Shown piece after piece: positions 9,675 to 19,096 of a stretch of 64,000 nt of DNA. Under the pieces are notes generated by a model that did no database searches, was not told the origin of the DNA, and saw only the letters and a program-made list of their open reading frames with translations. Position 1 is the stretch's first letter, and the number at the start of each line of letters is the position of its first letter. Source of the stretch: an uncultured Azospirillaceae bacterium (lineage in GTDB: Bacteria > Pseudomonadota > Alphaproteobacteria > RF32 > CAG-239); contig CAZZNV010000003.1 in the NCBI GenBank assembly GCA_964655915.1, positions 15,299-79,298 on the forward strand. The letters run 5' to 3'. The position numbers were made by a program, and so were the translations under genes.

Positions 9675-9723
9675 TTTATTCTCCATTACATAGTCATAAT
9701 AATCACATTAAGTTTAAGAGATG

Positions 9724-10950
9724 TTAATAAAACCAATAAGAAAGAATGATAGCCGCGGAAATTCCGGCAAAATCAGCCAATAAAGCACACGGAACCGCTG
9801 CTCCGACTTTACTTATTTTGACTGCTCCGAAATAAACCGCCAAAACATAAAACGTTGTTTCCGTTGACCCTTGAATAACTGAAGAAACAAAACTTTGAAA
9901 ACTGTCTGCACCATATTGATCAAAAGTTTCCAACATCATAGCGCGTGCTCCGCTGCCTGATAATGGCTTCATAAAAGCTGTCGGAAGTGCTCCCACAAAT
10001 TCGGTGTTCCATTCCGCCTTTTCAAATATCCACGCAATGCCGGATATGATGTAATCCAAAGCTCCCGAACTGCGAAAGACTGAAATGGCAACCAGCATGG
10101 CAATCAGATAGGGGATAATCCGCACAGCGGTTTCAAAACCCTCTTTTGCTCCTTTGATAAAAACCTCATAAACATTTTGTTTTTTTACTACCCCTGACAG
10201 AACAAACAACATCATGAAAGCCATTAACACAAAATTTCCGCCTGAGGCCGAAACCCTCAATCTTTCTTCCGGCGGAAGAGCGTAAAACCCCCAAGCTACG
10301 CCGCCAATAATACTACCAAAAACCAGCAAATATGATAATACAATCTTGTTAAAAATCGGAAGTTTTTGCACAAATGCCACACTGAAAAAACCCACTAATG
10401 TAGAACACGATGTCGCTAACAAAATAGGAACAAATACCGCGCTTGGGGAAGATGAACCCATTTCTGCCCGATACATTAAAATCGTTATAGGGATTAACGT
10501 GACCGCCGAAGAGTTAATAACCATAAATAGAACTTGAGCATTTGAAGCTTTATCTTTATGAGGGTTCAGCTCTTGCAGATGTTCCATTGCTCTTAATCCC
10601 ATCGGTGTGGCGGCGTTATCTAATCCCAATATATTTGCCGCCATGTTCATTACAATTGATCCCATAGCCGGAGATGAAGCCGGCACATCAGGCATAACCT
10701 TGCGCATTAAGGGCTGCAATCCTTTAGCTGCCCACTCCGATAATCCTGATGTTTCGGCAATTTTCAATAGACCGAGCCACCAACACAACATACCGGTTAA
10801 GTTAATTGACAAGCTAAACGCATTTTTTGCCGATGAAAAAACTGCTTCAGACATAACGCTCCAAATTGACCATTGTCCGGCAAATATTGCCTGAACCGCA
10901 GCGCAGATAAAGCCACCCACTAAAAATGTAATCCAGATAAAATTCAGCAT
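9724..10950 (-). CDS. Nucleoside-recognition (Gate) domain membrane protein, fused SpmA/SpmB-like
   Basis: About 10-TM protein with two halves resembling the SpmA/SpmB nucleoside-recognition domain family. Assigned by pattern recognition. Confidence 0.65.
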   Translation of the reverse strand: MLNFIWITFLVGGFICAAVQAIFAGQWSIWSVMSEAVFSSAKNAFSLSINLTGMLCWWLGLLKIAETSGLSEWAAKGLQPLMRKVMPDVPASSPAMGSIVMNMAANILGLDNAATPMGLRAMEHLQELNPHKDKASNAQVLFMVINSSAVTLIPITILMYRAEMGSSSPSAVFVPILLATSCSTLVGFFSVAFVQKLPIFNKIVLSYLLVFGSIIGGVAWGFYALPPEERLRVSASGGNFVLMAFMMLFVLSGVVKKQNVYEVFIKGAKEGFETAVRIIPYLIAMLVAISVFRSSGALDYIISGIAWIFEKAEWNTEFVGALPTAFMKPLSGSGARAMMLETFDQYGADSFQSFVSSVIQGSTETTFYVLAVYFGAVKISKVGAAVPCALLADFAGISAAIILSYWFY

Positions 10951-11004
10951 ATTGTCATTTCTCCGTTCTTAATTGTACAATATGCCATAATCATGAAAAT
11001 TTTG

Positions 11005-12192
11005 CTAAGAGACTTCTGCTTGTTTAGGATTGTAAAATTTTTGCTTGCGCACATATAAAAGATAAACAAGCAACGCGATAAATATTGAATAAGACGAAGC
11101 CATATACATACTCGAATAACCGGTTAATTCCGCAATATTCCCCAATGCCAAAGCGCCTAATCCCGTTCCCAAATCCATACCACTGAAAAAAGTTGCGTTT
11201 GCCGCGCCTAACCGCTCACGGGAAACACTTTTAACAACCATTGTTTGCAAACTCATTTGACTGGTTCCAAATCCGACACCAAAAACAAATGAAGCAATAA
11301 GCAAACCTGTTAAATCGCTAACATTGGCTATAATTATCAAACCCACAGCCGATGCCGCAAAACCCGATATTATTGTAATATCATAGCCATGCTTATCCAC
11401 TATTTTGCCGCTTAGTGGTCTGCTGATAAAAACAGCCATCGCATAAACGGTAAAGAATAAACCGACTTGTGAAACTCCCAACTGCAAGGCATACAGCGGC
11501 AAAAAACCCGTAATTCCCCCCATAGAAGCGGATATAAAACACATTAACACAGCCGGACCGTAAGCTTTTCTTTCATACAGAGGCTCGTGTTTGACGCTCG
11601 GTATAAATTTACGAAAACGAATAAAAAACGCCAATACCAATCCTATACAGACCAGCACTGTGGCCAAACCAAAAACATTATTGAAGCCAAATTTGTTAAC
11701 AATATACAAACCACAGGCCGGAGCAATCGCCAAAGATAGACTGTTCGCCATGCTGAAATAACCAATGCCTTCGCCAAAACGTTCGCGAGGTATGATTTCT
11801 GCTGCTACTGTCGATGTTGCCGTTCCGGCAATTCCCCAACCAAAACCATGAAGCAAACGGATATAAAGCATCAAAACCAGCGAGCTAACAAAACTGTAAG
11901 CCATTGCGCTCATTCCGAGAATGATTAGTCCCATAACAAAAACAGGGCGCCGACCTATTTTATCCAACGCTAAACCTGCAAACGGTCTTGTCAACAAAGA
12001 AGTTGCTACAAAGGCGCTCATCACCAAACCAATAACTGAATCGCTCCCACCCAACTTCTTAATATAAAGCGGTAATATGGGAAAAATCATTTGAAAGCTG
12101 AAAAAAACAAATAAATTGATAGCGGTTATCAATAGAAAGTTTTTTGTAAATATCGGACGTATTTTGTCCGAATGCATCTCTTTCTTTGCCAT
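11005..12192 (-). CDS. MFS transporter
   Basis: 12 predicted TM helices. MFS motif A between TM2 and TM3 (GLALDKIGRRPV). Confidence 0.85.
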   Translation of the reverse strand: MAKKEMHSDKIRPIFTKNFLLITAINLFVFFSFQMIFPILPLYIKKLGGSDSVIGLVMSAFVATSLLTRPFAGLALDKIGRRPVFVMGLIILGMSAMAYSFVSSLVLMLYIRLLHGFGWGIAGTATSTVAAEIIPRERFGEGIGYFSMANSLSLAIAPACGLYIVNKFGFNNVFGLATVLVCIGLVLAFFIRFRKFIPSVKHEPLYERKAYGPAVLMCFISASMGGITGFLPLYALQLGVSQVGLFFTVYAMAVFISRPLSGKIVDKHGYDITIISGFAASAVGLIIIANVSDLTGLLIASFVFGVGFGTSQMSLQTMVVKSVSRERLGAANATFFSGMDLGTGLGALALGNIAELTGYSSMYMASSYSIFIALLVYLLYVRKQKFYNPKQAEVS

Positions 12193-12247
12193 CTACCCCT
12201 CTGCTTACACCGCTTTGGGGTTATAGATAGTCATTTTAGCGAAGGAT

Positions 12248-13189
12248 TCAACAATTCTTTCTACGATTTTTTAAAGCGGTTAACTTATCACTGACAACCG
12301 ACGTATCTCGACCGGTTTTAGCCAATCTGTCATACATGCGCTCAATTTCTTTTTCCAAATAGGCTCGTTCAATATCGTCGGCCAGTTTCTGTCGCTCTTC
12401 CGCTGTGCCGTGTAAACTGGTGTTTTGCATTTCTTCGATAATATCTTCAACAAAGACCGTATTGTCTACCTTGCGTTTAATAAAGTAAGGCAGCTCATAA
12501 ATCAGCTGGCGCGTCGCACTATAAGCCTCTGCCGTGGTATTGCCTTTTTTGTAGCGCAACTTCAACAAACGGAAAACAATACTCAGTTCATTACTGTCAT
12601 CTACAATGATAAAGGGTACTGGATCAGCAAATCCATTGGCGGCCATACTTTTTAAATATTCAACCAGATGATGAAAATATCCGTCAATATTATATAAAAT
12701 AAACGGTTTTATTTGAAGAAAACCATCTTGCATGGCCACACAATCGTAGGCCAGCTCGTCTAATGTGCCAACACCCCCAGGGGCAAAGACCACAAAATCG
12801 GCATTTAACAATCGCTGTTTGCGTTCTTCGAGGGTTTGAGCAACAATAACTTCTTCTATTTGATTTAATATCTCGTCAGCTTCGTAGAGATTATAATATT
12901 CTTTGGTTGTTATGGCGTGAATGGGGCTTTCTTTACACTTTTTTTTGTTCCATCCGTCTAAAACACCACGGGCAACAGCCCCCATAATACCGGAGCTTGA
13001 CAATCCGAAATCAAGCTTAAATTCCATTTTCGCAATCTGTTTGCCCAGGTTATACGCCTCATCAACATAGACACAATTTTTTCCTGAGCGGCTACCCCCC
13101 GCCACAAACACACGAAAACCCTCTTGTTGGTTTTCATCTACAAATCGGTCAACAACTTTTTCAATAGAGCCTGTTTCACATTTTTCCAT
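12248..13189 (-). CDS. LOG-family (TIGR00730-like) nucleotide 5'-monophosphate N-glycosidase with a ~110-aa helical C-terminal extension
   Basis: Motifs GLSSSGIMGAVARG and FAPGGVGTLDEL...KPFILYNIDGYFHHL...GF fit the LOG GGGxGxMG / PGGxGTxxE signatures. Start moved to the ATG at 13189 (MEKCETGS), 1 nt after the tgt stop. The longer track ORF would overlap tgt. Confidence 0.75.
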   Translation of the reverse strand: MEKCETGSIEKVVDRFVDENQQEGFRVFVAGGSRSGKNCVYVDEAYNLGKQIAKMEFKLDFGLSSSGIMGAVARGVLDGWNKKKCKESPIHAITTKEYYNLYEADEILNQIEEVIVAQTLEERKQRLLNADFVVFAPGGVGTLDELAYDCVAMQDGFLQIKPFILYNIDGYFHHLVEYLKSMAANGFADPVPFIIVDDSNELSIVFRLLKLRYKKGNTTAEAYSATRQLIYELPYFIKRKVDNTVFVEDIIEEMQNTSLHGTAEERQKLADDIERAYLEKEIERMYDRLAKTGRDTSVVSDKLTALKNRRKNC

Positions 13190-13190
13190 T

Positions 13191-14318
<1,128 letters not shown>

Positions 14319-14375
14319 TTATCCTTTCGATTGACTGGGATAGTGCCTTAAAATCCACAATAAAGCAAGGTGTTT

Positions 14376-15086
14376 TTATTCAATTTCTTCACTTTCACTC
14401 TGCAGTGAACTGTCTATTGCATAACCTGTCGCGCGAACAGTCCGGATATAATCGGGACCATATTCATTCAACGATTTGCGCAAACGCCTTATGTGTACAT
14501 CTATTGTGCGAAATTCAACGTATATATTATCGCCCCATACGGTTTTGAGTAAATACTCTCTGGAGAAAACCTTTCCCGGCGTTTCCAGCAACATCTTCAG
14601 CAAACGAAATTCTGTCGGTCCCAAATGGATATAATTGTTGCCTCTGAACACTTTTTTAGTCGTTAAATCCATGCGTATATCTTCAAACACCAATTCTTTT
14701 TCATAATGCGGTTCCGGTGCTCGGCGAATTTGCGTTTTTACGCGCGCCATTAACTCCGGTATGGAAAACGGCTTGGTAACATAATCGTCCGCTCCGGCTG
14801 ACAGACCTCGCACTTTATCCTCTTCCTCCCCTTTTGCCGTCAACATGATTATCGGAGTTCCTTTAACATCAGGTTTGGAACGAATTAAACGACAAATCTC
14901 AATTCCGGGGAGTTCCGGCAACATCCAATCTAACAAAATTACGGACGGACGATGACGCTCAACTTCTGCCAGCGCCTTATTGCCGCGAGATTCGACAATA
15001 ACGTCATATCCTTCTTTCTCAAGGTTATATTTCAGCATCATGGCGATTGCTTCTTCATCTTCTATAATCATCACCAAGTGTTTCAT
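14376..15086 (-). CDS. phoB: Phosphate regulon response regulator PhoB (OmpR family)
   Basis: Near-colinear with E. coli PhoB: ILLDWMLPE..G, MLTAKGEEEDKVRGL..GADDYVTKPFS, GPTEF+LL, SRE.LL..VWG.N+YVE.RT+DVHIRRLRK.L. Confidence 0.85.
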   Translation of the reverse strand: MKHLVMIIEDEEAIAMMLKYNLEKEGYDVIVESRGNKALAEVERHRPSVILLDWMLPELPGIEICRLIRSKPDVKGTPIIMLTAKGEEEDKVRGLSAGADDYVTKPFSIPELMARVKTQIRRAPEPHYEKELVFEDIRMDLTTKKVFRGNNYIHLGPTEFRLLKMLLETPGKVFSREYLLKTVWGDNIYVEFRTIDVHIRRLRKSLNEYGPDYIRTVRATGYAIDSSLQSESEEIE

Positions 15087-15139
15087 GCTTCCTCCTGACA
15101 GCTTTTGTTCGGAAAAAATGTACCAATTTCAGGTTAATT

Positions 15140-15775
15140 TTATCTTAAAGCATTGATATTCTTTGCATACTCTCCACCGGCAAACACCGCTGTTCCGGCA
15201 ACAAGAATATCCGCTCCGGCCGCTACGGCTTCCGCACCGCTCATCACATTAACCCCGCCATCTACCTCTATCTGAATATTACGATTACCAATCATATTTT
15301 TTATGCGCCCGATTTTTGCCAACTGGGTTTCTAAAAATTGTTGTCCGCCAAACCCCGGATTCACTGTCATAACTAAAATCTGGTCTATTTTATTCAAAAC
15401 ATATTCCAACACACTCTCCGGTGTTGCCGGATTGAGTGAAACACCAGCTTTAATCCCCAGATTATGTATTGTTTGCAAGGTTTTATCCAGATGAGGGCAA
15501 CTCTCTGCATGAACCGTGATGATGTCTGCTCCCGCTCCCGAAAACCAAGACAGCATCGAATCGGGATTAGTCACCATTAGATGAACATCAAACGGCAGTT
15601 TGCTATACGGCCGAAGTGCTTTAACAATCTGGGGACCAAATGTTAAGTTCGGCACAAAATTTCCATCCATAATATCAAAGTGAAGTCTATCTGCTCCGGC
15701 TTCTTCCAGACGCAAAACTTCATTTTTAAGATCTGCAAAATCTGCCGCTAAAAGACTGGGGGCAATTAAAACCAT
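15140..15775 (-). CDS. rpe: Ribulose-phosphate 3-epimerase
   Basis: IAPSLLAADF, HFDIMDGNFVPN, DVHLMV, MTVNPGFGGQ.F, VDGG. Start set at the ATG at 15775, preceded by AGGAGA. Confidence 0.95.
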   Translation of the reverse strand: MVLIAPSLLAADFADLKNEVLRLEEAGADRLHFDIMDGNFVPNLTFGPQIVKALRPYSKLPFDVHLMVTNPDSMLSWFSGAGADIITVHAESCPHLDKTLQTIHNLGIKAGVSLNPATPESVLEYVLNKIDQILVMTVNPGFGGQQFLETQLAKIGRIKNMIGNRNIQIEVDGGVNVMSGAEAVAAGADILVAGTAVFAGGEYAKNINALR

Positions 15776-15913
15776 TTCTGTTCTCCTGTTTATGTTTATT
15801 TTCAGCATAAACCACTCTACCGTTAATTACCAGAAAAAACATTGCCGCCTCTTGATTTTTTGATTGCTATGATTACCTGAAAATTGATTTGTTTTAATTT
15901 TTGGAGAAAGATA

Positions 15914-16426
15914 ATGGGTGAAATGGCTCAAAAAACATCTAAAACAGATATGGCAAAATTATTAGAGGTGCTTAATATTGCGTTTGCCGAAGAATGGCTT
16001 GCCTATTACCAATATTGGATAGGTGCGCAAGTTGCCACAGGGCCTATGCGAACATCAATCACCGCTGAATTTATGGAACATGCGGAAGAAGAATTGAAAC
16101 ATGCTAAATGGCTGAGTGACAGAATTATACAACTTGGCGGCACACCGGTTTTGGATCCTAAAAATTTTGAAAGCGTTGCCCAATGTCGTTATGAAGCTCC
16201 CGACAAACCCTATATCATGAATTTACTTCAACAAAACTTGGTCGCGGAACGTTGCGCCATAGCACGCTATCAGGGAATTTGCGAAATGACATTCGGAAAA
16301 GATTTTGAAACTTTCCGCGTTTCAGCCAAAATTTTGAAAGAAGAACTTGAGCATGAACAGGAAATGGGAGATTTTATAGAAGATATAAAAGCGGCCACCC
16401 TCCACGGAGCCGACCAAAGTAAATAA
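15914..16426 (+). CDS. Ferritin-like di-iron protein (Dps-like/bacterioferritin-related)
   Basis: Four-helix ferritin-like pattern with ferroxidase-type E...ExxH pairs (EEW, EEELKH, ERC, EELEHE). Start set at the ATG at 15914 after GGAGAA. Confidence 0.7.
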   Translation: MGEMAQKTSKTDMAKLLEVLNIAFAEEWLAYYQYWIGAQVATGPMRTSITAEFMEHAEEELKHAKWLSDRIIQLGGTPVLDPKNFESVAQCRYEAPDKPYIMNLLQQNLVAERCAIARYQGICEMTFGKDFETFRVSAKILKEELEHEQEMGDFIEDIKAATLHGADQSK

Positions 16427-16447
16427 CACTTTGATTTTTCACAATAA

Positions 16448-16480
16448 AGCTCCACAACGATGAATGTGGGGCTTTATTTT
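16448..16480 (+). terminator. Rho-independent terminator after the ferritin-like gene
   Basis: Hairpin AGCTCCACA...TGTGGGGCT (one mismatch) followed by TTTATTTT. Confidence 0.55.
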
Positions 16481-16632
16481 CATTGACATATCTATACAAA
16501 TATTTCAGAATGCCAGCAAGAAAAAGATTCGTTTGGAGTCGATATTATACAGATTTTATTGCGTAGATTGGCTTCAAAAAGCAAAACCTAACTCCAACTA
16601 GATGTTTTCTGAACAATTTACGGATAAAAGAA

Positions 16633-16665
16633 AAGGCTGTTTCTGGTGAAACAGCCTTTTTCTTT
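16633..16665. terminator. Bidirectional hairpin terminator (fba on the minus strand; possible small transcript on the plus strand)
   Basis: Perfect 11-bp stem AAGGCTGTTTC/GAAACAGCCTT with an A-run upstream and a T-run downstream. Confidence 0.7.
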
Positions 16666-16678
16666 GCCGAGAGCAAAA

Positions 16679-17728
16679 CTAAATTTCACCGTCAGCGTAG
16701 CGTTTTGCCATAACCGACATCGGAATGGCTTTAATTTTGCTTGCCTGCTCTGCGGCACCAAAGGCAATATAACGAGCTTCGCAAACTTTTTGCATTTCCT
16801 CGATAGCCGGCTTAAGGTATTTGCGAGGATCAAACTCTTTGGGATTTTCAGCAAAAATCTTGCGGATAGCCCCTGTGATAGCCATGCGGCAATCCGTATC
16901 AACGTTTACTTTGCGAACACCGGACTTGATACCGCGAACAATTTCTTCAACCGGAACACCATAAGTCTGAGGAATTCCGCCTCCATAAGCATTAATTAAA
17001 TCTTGCAGTTCTTGCGGAACGGAAGATGAACCGTGCATAACCATGTGAGTGTTGGGAAGTTTTTTATGGATTTTTTCAATCGTTTCAATAGAGAGGATTT
17101 CGCCGTCCGGTTTGCGAGTGAACTTATAAGCCCCATGAGATGTTCCCACGGCAACAGCCAGCGCATCCAAATGTGTTTCTTCAACAAAACGAGCTGCTTC
17201 ATCAGGATCTGTAACCAAACGTTTTTTATCTATAACGCCTTCCGCACCATGTCCGTCTTCTTTATCACCTTTACCCGTTTCTAAAGAACCGATAACACCT
17301 AATTCACCTTCAACTGATGCACCGACAGCGTGCGCTCTGGCAACAACCTGTTTGGTTACCTCAACGTTATACTCAAAAGATGAAGGAGTTTTTCCGTCCG
17401 CCTCCAGAGAACCGTCCATCATAACGGAAGAATAACCGTTAACAATGGCCGATTGGCAGACATTAACCGATGAACCATGATCTTGATGAAGACAAATCGG
17501 CAATTCAGGAAACATCTCTATACCGGCAGCAACCATATGACGTATCATCGGGTCTCCGGCAAATTTACGAGCACCCGTAGATGTTTGCAATATAACCGGA
17601 GCGTTAACCTTTTTTGCCGCCTGCAAAACGGCAATAATCTGCTCCATATCATTAATGTTAAACGCCGGAACACCATAACCATTTTCAGCGGCATTATCTA
17701 AAATTTGACGCATTGTAACTAAAGGCAT
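16679..17728 (-). CDS. fba: Fructose-bisphosphate aldolase, class II
   Basis: MPLVTMRQ+LD.A.E.GYGVPAFN.N, LHQDHG, GELG, HGSSSVPQE are typical class II (FbaA/CbbA-type) aldolase motifs. Confidence 0.95.
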   Translation of the reverse strand: MPLVTMRQILDNAAENGYGVPAFNINDMEQIIAVLQAAKKVNAPVILQTSTGARKFAGDPMIRHMVAAGIEMFPELPICLHQDHGSSVNVCQSAIVNGYSSVMMDGSLEADGKTPSSFEYNVEVTKQVVARAHAVGASVEGELGVIGSLETGKGDKEDGHGAEGVIDKKRLVTDPDEAARFVEETHLDALAVAVGTSHGAYKFTRKPDGEILSIETIEKIHKKLPNTHMVMHGSSSVPQELQDLINAYGGGIPQTYGVPVEEIVRGIKSGVRKVNVDTDCRMAITGAIRKIFAENPKEFDPRKYLKPAIEEMQKVCEARYIAFGAAEQASKIKAIPMSVMAKRYADGEI

Positions 17729-17906
17729 CTTTTTCTCCCATTAAAATAAAAACACTATCGCAACTATATTCTTATACTCTTTTTTTGCAAGAGATTTTTA
17801 AAAGTTAGCCCACTACCAATTTTCGCTTGATTTTAATCATTTTTCGCACTATTATTTGTCTACTTTTTTATTAAAAATATATAATTAATCCTTAAAAATC
17901 TGCGGT

Positions 17907-18287
17907 ATGGAATACGTAGTTCTTTTTATCTTTTGCGTGGTACTGGCTTTGATGCTTCTATTCAACGCAAACAGATGCTTTGTTCGGCATGTTCGATTTG
18001 ACTCTTCGTCAAGAAGAGGGCTTTCTTTCAAACTTTTCTTCGGTGGAATGGCTTTTTTGATTGCGGCCGCTTTTATTTCCAGAGAGGGAACTTTGGCATG
18101 TAGCGCTCTGCTTCTTATTTTCTTTAATTTTTACACATTAATGAAAATACAAAAGCATAAGAGAGATTTGCGAAACAGACACGAATTTGAAGTGCATCGC
18201 GGCGCTATTTTGGGATATGTTTCTTGGTATCGCCTGCTGAGTTGCAGCTTGATAGTGCTGTTCGTTTCCATTTTTACATCTCTTTAA
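17907..18287 (+). CDS. Hypothetical small membrane protein (about 4 TM)
   Basis: ORF with four hydrophobic segments. No recognisable family. It ends at a strong shared terminator. Confidence 0.45.
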   Translation: MEYVVLFIFCVVLALMLLFNANRCFVRHVRFDSSSRRGLSFKLFFGGMAFLIAAAFISREGTLACSALLLIFFNFYTLMKIQKHKRDLRNRHEFEVHRGAILGYVSWYRLLSCSLIVLFVSIFTSL

Positions 18288-18296
18288 AAAAGGCAC

Positions 18297-18340
18297 AAAA
18301 ATACACTTCGGTCCGTTCACCGGACGGAAGTGTATTTTTG
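18297..18340. terminator. Long bidirectional hairpin between convergent hypothetical genes
   Basis: AAAAATACACTTCGGTCCG-TTCAC-CGGACGGAAGTGTATTTTT: a ~19-bp stem with one mismatch, flanked by A- and T-runs. Confidence 0.7.
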
Positions 18341-18349
18341 TATTCTAGT

Positions 18350-18718
18350 TTAGTCGTACGCATGCTCGTCGTTCAGATACACGCGCTCATTGACGATTAT
18401 ATAATCGTCTTTGATTTTGCGATACCCCCACACGGTTGTGCCACATGCTCTGAAGCGGCACTCGGTGTAGTCAACAACCTTTGCCTCTTCCATAGGCACA
18501 AAAAAAGCCTTTCTTTCGGTTTCCCCCTCAAAAGCCTTAACATAGGCGTACATAGGAACTCCATCAACGCAGACTTCTGCGATGAAGCAAACATACCCGG
18601 AATCTTTGTGGTCTCCCAGAAAGATTCTTCCAACCTTAAAATCTGTAAGGTCGACAACGTATCCCGCTTCAGCCAGCTTTTGCTGAGCTTGACTTGCGCG
18701 AGAAATAAACTCACTCAT
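18350..18718 (-). CDS. Hypothetical cytoplasmic protein (122 aa)
   Basis: Of three overlapping track ORFs here, this frame has the most protein-like composition and ends at the bidirectional terminator. No obvious SD sequence and no family recognised. Confidence 0.45.
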   Translation of the reverse strand: MSEFISRASQAQQKLAEAGYVVDLTDFKVGRIFLGDHKDSGYVCFIAEVCVDGVPMYAYVKAFEGETERKAFFVPMEEAKVVDYTECRFRACGTTVWGYRKIKDDYIIVNERVYLNDEHAYD

Positions 18719-18762
18719 AAAAATATTTTTTAAACAGTTAAACTTACACGATAATATATAAT

Positions 18763-18788
18763 TAATCGAACTTATGGGGTCGATTTAA
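18763..18788 (-). terminator. Possible terminator of the tkt-SemiSWEET transcript
   Basis: 7-bp perfect stem TAATCGA/TCGATTA with a 10-nt loop, followed on the minus strand by T-rich sequence. Confidence 0.3.
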
Positions 18789-18818
18789 TCATTATTGGCT
18801 TATTTGTCAACCTGTGTT

Positions 18819-19091
18819 TTATTTTTTCCTCTTTTTTCTGTATTTATATACCATCATTAAAACAGGAAGAGAGAATGCCAAGCACAAGGAATTAAAAATT
18901 ATCATTTGTATTGATTGTAAATATATCCCGTAGATTATCCAGCAAACCATACCCAGATTGAAAATTATATATGTACCGACAGACAAACCTTTGACATCGT
19001 GTGTCTTAAAGGTCTGCAACGCTTGCGGAATAAAAGAAACCGCAGTACATATACCGGCCAAATATCCTATACATTCAAAACCGATATTCAT
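18819..19091 (-). CDS. SemiSWEET (PQ-loop/MtN3-like) 3-TM sugar transporter
   Basis: 90 aa, 3 TM, pattern IGYLAGICTAVSFIPQALQTFKT....GLS.GTY..F.LG...W.IYG matches bacterial SemiSWEETs (PQ motif). It starts 5 nt after the tkt stop. Confidence 0.8.
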   Translation of the reverse strand: MNIGFECIGYLAGICTAVSFIPQALQTFKTHDVKGLSVGTYIIFNLGMVCWIIYGIYLQSIQMIIFNSLCLAFSLPVLMMVYKYRKKRKK

Positions 19092-19096
19092 CTTTC

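Noticed and set aside
18224-18733. A 169-aa plus-strand ORF and a 105-aa minus-strand ORF competing with the 122-aa minus-strand ORF.
   Set aside because: The plus-strand ORF overlaps the 3' end of the upstream membrane-protein gene and reads straight through the long bidirectional terminator hairpin. Its composition is not protein-like. The 105-aa frame is a shadow of the 122-aa frame.
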